Source: Oscillospiraceae bacterium (GTDB lineage: Bacteria > Bacillota > Clostridia > Oscillospirales > Oscillospiraceae). From it: a stretch of DNA of 64,000 nucleotides. A program made the translations under genes and the position numbers. The DNA lies in assembly GCA_015068495.1 (NCBI GenBank), contig SVKL01000008.1, positions 13,892 to 77,891 on the forward strand. Direction: 5' to 3'. The stretch's first letter is position 1, and every line of letters begins with the position of its first letter. The notes beneath the pieces were generated by a model. It made no database searches, was not told the origin of the DNA, and saw only the letters and a program-made list of their open reading frames with translations. This document shows positions 57,812 to 64,000 of the stretch, piece after piece.

Positions 57812-57844
57812 AAAACCCGGAAGGCAAATGCCTTCCGGGTTTTT
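57812..57844 (+). terminator. Terminator of the pur operon
   Basis: aaaacccggaaggca / tgccttccgggtttt. Confidence 0.85.
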
Positions 57845-57914
57845 ACGATAAAAATTTTGTGAAATAGAAATAAAAACGTCCTTCTCAAATGTCTAATGGG
57901 TACAAGGAGGTGAA

Positions 57915-58391
57915 GTGGCTGTGAATAACGATGAATTTGCACTGCGGATTGGCACTGTGCGTACGAAGCTTTATAAGACTGCACTGACCTATTTGGAAAG
58001 TGAAGCTTTGGCAATAGATGCTGTGGATGAGGCTGTATATAAAGCGCTGTGCGGCAAATGGAGACTCCGTCAGCCGGAGTACTTTGACACTTGGATTACC
58101 CGTATTCTGATTAACGAATGCTACAATGAACTACGCCGGCAAAAGCGGTATCAACCTCTGGAAGCACTGCCCGATACGGCAGTGGAGGAATTTGATTCAT
58201 TGCCATTGAGGGAGGCACTTCAGAAGCTTCCCCAAGACCTGAAAGATGTGATTATTTTGCGATTCTTTGGTGGATACACCGTGGCCGAAACTGCCCAAGC
58301 GTTACGCATACCCCCGGGAACAGTTGCCACACGTCAGAGAAAGGCGCTACAGCTGCTTCGCCTTGAACTGGAAGAGGAGGTGCTTTTATGA
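57915..58391 (+). CDS. ECF RNA polymerase sigma factor
   Basis: Region 2 (A.DAVDEA..KA, WITRILINEC) and region 4.2 (ETAQALRIPPGTVATR); GTG after AAGGAGG. Confidence 0.9.
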   Translation: MAVNNDEFALRIGTVRTKLYKTALTYLESEALAIDAVDEAVYKALCGKWRLRQPEYFDTWITRILINECYNELRRQKRYQPLEALPDTAVEEFDSLPLREALQKLPQDLKDVIILRFFGGYTVAETAQALRIPPGTVATRQRKALQLLRLELEEEVLL

Positions 58392-59737
58392 ATCGAAAAA
58401 ACGAGTTTGACGCTATGAAGGCGGCGTTTAATCAGCCATTTCCCGAACTGGAGGATGTTTTGCAGCGCGCTTACAGGAGAAAAAGAAAGAGAACCGCAAA
58501 AAATATTCTCTGCCCACTGGGAGGACTGGCTGCCTGTTTTGTCACTTTTGTTTTGCTGGTTAATATGTCTGTGACGGTGGCCAATGCCTGTGCGCAATTT
58601 CCTGTCCTGCGTCAGTTAGCCAAAGCGGTAACCTTCTCCCGCTCGCTATCCAGTGCGGTGGAAAACAATTATGTGCAGAAGATAAATCAAAAGAAAACGC
58701 AAAATGATATAACAGCCCAGATCGAATATCTGATAGTAGATCAAAAGCAGGTAAATATTTTCTACCGCTTAACATCTGAAAAATATACCGGGGAATATGA
58801 AAATCTTGCGGCTAATCCTGTTATCACCTGTGATGATGAAAATACGTCTTTTTACGTATATAATCACAGTTTTGGTGAAGAAAATGGGGAATTACTGTCT
58901 GCGACGGTTGACTTTACCCAAGGAAATGTACCTGATAAATTACAATGCACGCTGAAAGTGTTTTTCCAGAATTGGCATTTATTCAATGCTTCAATAGAAA
59001 GCGGTCCTGAATATTTGGCAGAAATAGAATTTGATTTGGAGTTTGACCCGCAGTTTACAGCCGCCGGAAAGGTGTTTCCAGTGAATGAGACGGTGATTCT
59101 GGACGGGCAAGAGATTTCTGTAAAAAATATTGAGGTATATCCCACCCATCTGAGAGTTGAAATTACGGAATCGGAGGATAACACTGCTTGGCTGAAAAGC
59201 TTGGACTTCTATATTGAAACCGAACAAGGTACGAAGTTTGTACCTGTTTCCAGTGGTGTTACCGCTACCGGTTCTGCGGATTCTCCTTCTATGGTTTCCT
59301 ACCGGGCAGACAGCACCTATTTCTATGAGGCTGAGCATCTGAAGCTTGTTATAACCGGAGCAAAATGGCTGGAAAAGGATATGGAATCAACATATTTGAA
59401 TTTGGTTACGAAAGAACACGGTGAGCTTCCGGATGGAGTATCCTTTGATTCCGTTCAGAAGCAGGGAGATAACTGGTCGGTTACAGTTCGCAGTACTCCC
59501 GATGAAAACGGTGAAATACCCATACCATTTAGTGATGTATATCTAGACTCGGCAGGAAACAGATACAGCACTGGGAATTTGCGTGTTTCAGTCGGTAAGC
59601 TGAACAAAAATGACACTATACAATACTACTATACGTTTCTTTCACTGAAAAACTATCCCTATGATGAAGTTTGGCTCACACCGCAGCATTCCCATATTTG
59701 GACGGCAGAGCAACCAATAGAAATTACAGTACAATAA
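58388..59737 (+). CDS. Putative membrane anti-sigma factor (DUF4179-like)
   Basis: ATGA-coupled to the sigma gene; one TM helix then FVLLVN.S..VANACAQFPVL; large extracellular beta domain. Confidence 0.75.
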   Translation: MNRKNEFDAMKAAFNQPFPELEDVLQRAYRRKRKRTAKNILCPLGGLAACFVTFVLLVNMSVTVANACAQFPVLRQLAKAVTFSRSLSSAVENNYVQKINQKKTQNDITAQIEYLIVDQKQVNIFYRLTSEKYTGEYENLAANPVITCDDENTSFYVYNHSFGEENGELLSATVDFTQGNVPDKLQCTLKVFFQNWHLFNASIESGPEYLAEIEFDLEFDPQFTAAGKVFPVNETVILDGQEISVKNIEVYPTHLRVEITESEDNTAWLKSLDFYIETEQGTKFVPVSSGVTATGSADSPSMVSYRADSTYFYEAEHLKLVITGAKWLEKDMESTYLNLVTKEHGELPDGVSFDSVQKQGDNWSVTVRSTPDENGEIPIPFSDVYLDSAGNRYSTGNLRVSVGKLNKNDTIQYYYTFLSLKNYPYDEVWLTPQHSHIWTAEQPIEITVQ

Positions 59738-59744
59738 ATTGAAA

Positions 59745-59774
59745 AAACCCCCTGTGTGTATACACAGGGGGTTT
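59745..59774. terminator. Bidirectional terminator
   Basis: aaaccccctgtgt / acacagggggttt. Confidence 0.8.
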
Positions 59775-59776
59775 CT

Positions 59777-61033
59777 TTATAACTTTGCACCGTTTTCAAC
59801 GAGGGTAGCTTTCAGCTTTTGAATATCAACGTGCTTGGTGTCGGTGTTTGTCTTCTTTGCAATGGCGGCGGCAGTGCCTGCAGCCTGACCGATGCAGGCG
59901 CAAATGGGCATAATTCTTATGGATGCCTGCGCTTCGTGGGTTACGGAGATACATCTGCCTGCAACAAGCATATTGTCATATTCCTTCGGCAGAAGACTGC
60001 GGTAAGGAATGTTATAATAAGCGCCGGCAGGGAAGTAGTAGTGAGAGGTTCCGGAGCCTGTGGGGCTGTGGATATCCAAATCGTAGTTTCCGAGGGCAAT
60101 GGAATCCTCAAAGCGGCAGCAGGAACACAAATCCTCAGCAGTAAGAATGTACTCGCCCTTTAATTTCCGGCTTTCTCTAACGCCAATTTGATTTGAAAGG
60201 GTGACAATTGTGCTGTGTGCAAAGGCGGTTGAATTGGTTTTCAGGAATTGCTCCATTTCATATACCTGCCGTCTTGCCAGCATTTCGGCGCGGCTGATCT
60301 CCAACGCATCGGTGGGATTATGCTTGATAACACGTGTGGTGTTGAAGTGAAGCACATCTTCACCTACACCGTAAAACAGAAGAATGTCCTCACGGGGGTT
60401 TTTGATCTCGCCTTTGGACTGCAGCTGCTTGTATTTGGCTTGAAGCTCGGGAAGTTCTTTCTTGAACTGTTCCACATCAACGCCGCACATACGGAAGCAA
60501 GTTGTCATGGGCTGACAGTATCCGTCACTGTCTCTGCCCAACTGGTAATCACAGCCGGCAAGAGAGAACAGGTTGCCGTCACCTGTGGCATCAATGAAGA
60601 AATCCGCCTGCAGCGTGACGGTTTCGCCAATGGTTGTAGCAGTGATTTCGGTAATTTTCTTGCCCGTTTTGGTAACGGAAAAGACCTTTGTATGGAACAG
60701 GACATCCACGCCTGCCTCGCACAGCATATCGTCTAAAATGAACTTATAATACTCCGGGCCGCTGAAGCGGATGCCTACATCAGTGCCGCAGTATTCCTTT
60801 TGCCTATTGAGAAGCTCCCGATAAATGCCCTCAGACAGCTGTTTTGTTTCGCCGGTCTCCGGGTCCTTGGTGCGATTGGGCATAAAGGGATATACAAGGC
60901 AATTCGTCATAGCGCCACCCAGCGCGCCGGACTGCTCAATCAGCAAAACCGAAACACCCAGCCTTGCAGCACAGGTTGCAGCAGCAACGCCGGAAAAACC
61001 GCCGCCAACCACAATCAAATCATATTTCTTCAT
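59777..61033 (-). CDS. FAD-dependent oxidoreductase (FAD_oxidored-like family)
   Basis: IVVGGGFSGVAAA, FIDATGDG, GVRESR, DIH, YNIPYRSLLP, VAGRCIS. Confidence 0.88.
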   Translation of the reverse strand: MKKYDLIVVGGGFSGVAAATCAARLGVSVLLIEQSGALGGAMTNCLVYPFMPNRTKDPETGETKQLSEGIYRELLNRQKEYCGTDVGIRFSGPEYYKFILDDMLCEAGVDVLFHTKVFSVTKTGKKITEITATTIGETVTLQADFFIDATGDGNLFSLAGCDYQLGRDSDGYCQPMTTCFRMCGVDVEQFKKELPELQAKYKQLQSKGEIKNPREDILLFYGVGEDVLHFNTTRVIKHNPTDALEISRAEMLARRQVYEMEQFLKTNSTAFAHSTIVTLSNQIGVRESRKLKGEYILTAEDLCSCCRFEDSIALGNYDLDIHSPTGSGTSHYYFPAGAYYNIPYRSLLPKEYDNMLVAGRCISVTHEAQASIRIMPICACIGQAAGTAAAIAKKTNTDTKHVDIQKLKATLVENGAKL

Positions 61034-61110
61034 AGGAAAACCTCCTTTGCTTTCTATTCTTCATTATAGGCACACCCACCATAAAAATCTTGTATTTTTT
61101 TCACCGGATA

Positions 61111-61139
61111 TTGAACAGATTATACATTAGTGCTATAAT
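61111..61139 (+). promoter_or_regulatory. sigma-A promoter of the AraC gene
   Basis: TTGAAC-17-TATAAT with extended -10 TG. Confidence 0.65.
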
Positions 61140-61171
61140 AATGAAAAAACTATTCTATTTCCGGAGGGGTT

Positions 61172-61993
61172 ATGGACTGCGCTTCTCTTTGTGATCTAAT
61201 AAAATGTATCGAGTATGGCAATAAACTGCATATTGGTGTGATTATGCTGAGCAATCAAATGAATGAAAAAATGCTGTTGCCACTGGAGATGAAAATACAC
61301 GCCTCAGCCATTTGCTCAGAAATTAAAGAAATGAACGGCGGCTACCAAACCTGCTATGCCTGCCGTAATGCAGCAATTGAAAAAGTGCTGGCAACCAAAA
61401 GCAGTAGTTACGGTCTTTGTATCCACGGTGTGTATGAATATATGCAGCCGGTTCTTTTTCGTGACGAGGTGATTGCGATCATTTTTGTGGGGAATATTCT
61501 CACAGACCGAGGCCGTGAGCGCTTGATGAACATCAGTGAGGCTCTGCCGCTGGATACGATGGAGATAAATTGCGATTTGCAAAAATGCGTTGAGATTTCC
61601 AATCTGATTGAAGGGTATATACAGATACTGCTTGAAAAATACGGCAGCAATCTGAAAAATCCTGTAATTGACCATATCAAGTCCTATATCGCGGAGAATA
61701 TGGAAAATGATATTTCTGTCGTTGAACTCTCCCAACGCTTCGGCTACAACGAAGCGTACTTAGGAAGACTTTTTAAGACAGAAACCGGCTATGCAATCAG
61801 GGAATATGTCAATAGGGAGAGGATCAAAAAAGCAAAATCACGCCTTCTGACCGGAGAAAGCGTGATTGAGATTGCTCAAAGCGTTGGCTTTAATAATGTT
61901 ACATACTTTAATAAGATTTTTAAGCAGCAGGTGGGTACAACGCCCACACAGTACCGAAAGGCACATAACGCCACAAAGCAAGAAACGTGGTAA
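61172..61993 (+). CDS. AraC/XylS regulator with a PocR-like ligand-binding domain
   Basis: N-terminal H...C..C..C..G (PocR-like); C-terminal YLGRLFK..TG, IAQSVGFNNVTYFNKIFK..G.TP.QYR. Confidence 0.88.
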   Translation: MDCASLCDLIKCIEYGNKLHIGVIMLSNQMNEKMLLPLEMKIHASAICSEIKEMNGGYQTCYACRNAAIEKVLATKSSSYGLCIHGVYEYMQPVLFRDEVIAIIFVGNILTDRGRERLMNISEALPLDTMEINCDLQKCVEISNLIEGYIQILLEKYGSNLKNPVIDHIKSYIAENMENDISVVELSQRFGYNEAYLGRLFKTETGYAIREYVNRERIKKAKSRLLTGESVIEIAQSVGFNNVTYFNKIFKQQVGTTPTQYRKAHNATKQETW

Positions 61994-61998
61994 GCTTT

Positions 61999-63186
61999 TT
62001 ACTGTTTAAGCAGCGCCATTGCTTTTCTGGCTACAATGATTTCTTCGTTGGTGTCCACAACAAAGATCCGCACCTTGCTGCCTGCGGCAGAAATGTCATC
62101 CCCACCGTCGGGGGTGGCATTTTTTGCGTCATCCAGCGAAACACCAAGGAATTCCAAGCCTTCAAGGCTCATTGCACGAACAGTGTCGCTCTTTCTGCCG
62201 ATGCCGCCGCCAAACACAATGGCATCTAAGCCGCCCATAGCCGCGGCATAAGCGCCAATATACTTTTTGATGCCATAGGCGTATGCTTTGATGGCGTTCT
62301 GACAGTCCACGTTGCCGTTTTTGGCAGCTTCCTGAATATCCCGCAGGTCATTGGAGACACCGCCGGACATACCAAGCAAACCACTCTTGGTTTGCAGCAT
62401 TGACTTAATTTCCCTTAGTTCCATACCGCATTCTTCTGCCAAATGGAAGATAATATAGGGGTCCATATCTCCAATACGGTTGTTCTGCAGAACGCCGCAT
62501 TGTAAGCCCATACCCATTGTGGTGTCAATGCTGACGCCATTCTTTACAGCGCACAGGCTGCCGCTGCCACCTAAGTGACAGCAAACCAGCTTCAAATCAT
62601 CCCGACCCATTTTTTCAGCAGTCCAAGTAGACAGATATTCCAGTGAAGCGCCGTGGAAGCCGTAGCGGCGGATTGCGTGCTTCTTGCTCAGCTCCAGCGG
62701 AATGGGATAGAGGTAGGCTTCCGGGGGCATATTGGCGTGGAAGGCGGTTTCAAAGGAGCCGATCATAGGGGTGTCCGGCATCAGATTCTTAAACTGCCGA
62801 ATAGCGGCAATATACGGGGGATTGTGAGCCGGCGCAACGGAGTTGAAATCTGCCATTGCCCGGAGCACTTCTTCCGTCAGATATTGCACGCCGGTTACAC
62901 CCTTTGCGTGGACAACCTTAAAGCCTACGCAAGAAATCTCGGAAAGAGATTCAATGCAGCCGCACAGCAGCTGTTCCAGCATAGCGCAGATTGCTTCCCG
63001 GTGGGTGGGAAAGACCGCCTCTTGATTCACCGCGTCGCCTGTCAAGTTGTTTTTATGATAGAATAAGGATTTTTCTGCGCCTACTCGCTCAGCGCCGCCG
63101 GCGCACAGCACCTTTTCGCCCGCATCCATATCAAAAAGCTGATATTTTAGTGATGTGCTGCCTACATTGCAGATTAAAATATTCAT
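61999..63186 (-). CDS. ackA: Acetate/propionate kinase family protein (divergent)
   Basis: NVGSTSLK, APAHNP, RRYGFHG, CHLG, SGLLG, TNEE; several catalytic motifs differ from canonical (see findings). Confidence 0.85.
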   Translation of the reverse strand: MNILICNVGSTSLKYQLFDMDAGEKVLCAGGAERVGAEKSLFYHKNNLTGDAVNQEAVFPTHREAICAMLEQLLCGCIESLSEISCVGFKVVHAKGVTGVQYLTEEVLRAMADFNSVAPAHNPPYIAAIRQFKNLMPDTPMIGSFETAFHANMPPEAYLYPIPLELSKKHAIRRYGFHGASLEYLSTWTAEKMGRDDLKLVCCHLGGSGSLCAVKNGVSIDTTMGMGLQCGVLQNNRIGDMDPYIIFHLAEECGMELREIKSMLQTKSGLLGMSGGVSNDLRDIQEAAKNGNVDCQNAIKAYAYGIKKYIGAYAAAMGGLDAIVFGGGIGRKSDTVRAMSLEGLEFLGVSLDDAKNATPDGGDDISAAGSKVRIFVVDTNEEIIVARKAMALLKQ

Positions 63187-63866
63187 AGCTTACAAACTTC
63201 CTTTACATATAGTGTGTCATTGTCTACTGAAAACCGGATATCAAATCCCGCAAAGGAAAGACCGTATATTCTGTCAGACTGTTCTTGATAGGAGGGTCTT
63301 GGATCGTGGGACAAAAGCTCCAATGCCGCTTCCTGCTTCTCCTTAGGAAGAATTTCAAGAAGCTCCTGCGGGAAGTCTACCTGCAGCAGATATTCCTTTG
63401 CAGTGGATGTGAAGCCGCCCAAAGCATCCGGATGACAATCTCCATACGGGATATAGGGTTTTATATCAAATATAGGTGTTCCGTCCATTAAATCTGCGCC
63501 GGCAACGTGAATCACAGTTCCGTTTTCGGCGGTCTGCTCGATTCCGATAACCTTCACACAGGAAAGTCCCAAAGCGTTTGGACGGAAAGGGGAGCGGGTG
63601 GCAAACACACCCATACGGGTATTCCCTCCCAAACGGGGCGGACGGACTGTGGGTGTCCACTCCTTACGCACAGCCTCGGAAAATTGCCAAATCAGCCAAA
63701 TGTGGGAGAAATCCTCCAAGCCCCGCAGGGCGTCGGGGTTACGATATTCCGGCTCAAACACAATGGTGGAACGCAGACTATTCACAAGCCCACTCTGACG
63801 GGGGATTCCAAACTTTGTGGGGAAATCGCTGCGCATAACCGCAATGGGGCGAATGATTGCTTCCAT
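63183..63866 (-). CDS. trmO: tRNA N6-threonylcarbamoyladenosine(37)-N6-methyltransferase
   Basis: KFGIPRQS, SHIWLIWQF, VRPPRLGGN, FATRSPFRPN, DGTPIFDIKPY, DPRPSY. Confidence 0.92.
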   Translation of the reverse strand: MEAIIRPIAVMRSDFPTKFGIPRQSGLVNSLRSTIVFEPEYRNPDALRGLEDFSHIWLIWQFSEAVRKEWTPTVRPPRLGGNTRMGVFATRSPFRPNALGLSCVKVIGIEQTAENGTVIHVAGADLMDGTPIFDIKPYIPYGDCHPDALGGFTSTAKEYLLQVDFPQELLEILPKEKQEAALELLSHDPRPSYQEQSDRIYGLSFAGFDIRFSVDNDTLYVKEVCKL

Positions 63867-63867
63867 A

Positions 63868-64000
63868 TCAGCAACGCACCTTTCTCAAACAGAAGGATAT
63901 AACAAAAATACCGGCCAAGACCAAGGAAATTGCCGCACCGGCAGAAGTGCCGAGGTAATAGGAAATCACAAGACCGGCGATACCGGAAATTAGCGCAAAC
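63868..64000 (-). CDS. C-terminal fragment of a metal ABC transporter permease (ZnuB/ABC-3 type)
   Basis: Reads FALISGIAGLVISYYLGTSAGAAISLVLAGIFVISFCLRKVRC-stop, matching the G...S..L....GA.I permease end; runs off the window. Confidence 0.7.
   Translation of the reverse strand, partial: FALISGIAGLVISYYLGTSAGAAISLVLAGIFVISFCLRKVRC

Noticed and set aside
57860-57897. Autoregulatory ECF promoter (AAC...GTCTAA)
   Set aside because: Candidate elements give 12-13 or 18 nt spacing rather than about 16.
56308-58014. 568-aa antisense ORF
   Set aside because: In-register shadow of purL with the same codon-bias explanation.
1-64000. CRISPR arrays, transposases, prophage genes or genetic-code reassignment
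   Set aside because: No regular repeat-spacer array or mobility ORF was seen, and conserved proteins (RecA, RpsI, GlyA) translate normally with code 11.

Overview
A 64-kb, roughly 50% GC chromosomal window from a probably spore-forming Clostridia bacterium (Oscillospiraceae-like; inferred from gene content, not searched). It is mostly housekeeping: truA (partial), a Clp ATPase, murB-whiA-dnaE, a lipoprotein/response regulator/histidine kinase trio, DUF1385-prmC-recA-recX-rimO-pgsA, tex, glyA under a singlet glycine riboswitch, tRNA-Ala(CGC), rplM-rpsI, ttcA, dusB, a pyrimidine operon (pyrC-carB-pyrK-pyrD-pyrF-pyrE-pyrB), a purine operon under a ZMP/ZTP riboswitch (purE-C-F-M-N-purO-like-purH-D-L), an ECF sigma/anti-sigma pair, and ackA-like/trmO. 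Single accessory genes are interspersed. I saw no CRISPR array, transposase, integrase or prophage. Most notable: (1) the entry enzymes of both de novo nucleotide pathways appear to have lost glutamine use (no carA in the pyr operon and a CarB with degenerate small-subunit interface motifs; PurF lacking Cys1 and its glutamine site); (2) a coupled two-gene unit encoding a cytoplasmic ParB/Srx-like plus BMP (nucleoside-binding fold) fusion and a metallophosphoesterase, a candidate nucleotide signalling or metabolic module; (3) PyrB fused to only the PyrI zinc domain; (4) an acetate-kinase homologue with altered catalytic motifs beside a PocR-AraC regulator; (5) strong CATG depletion; (6) GTAG-type REP elements and forespore-sigma-like promoters on small genes. 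All family calls come from motif recognition by eye; no database search was run.
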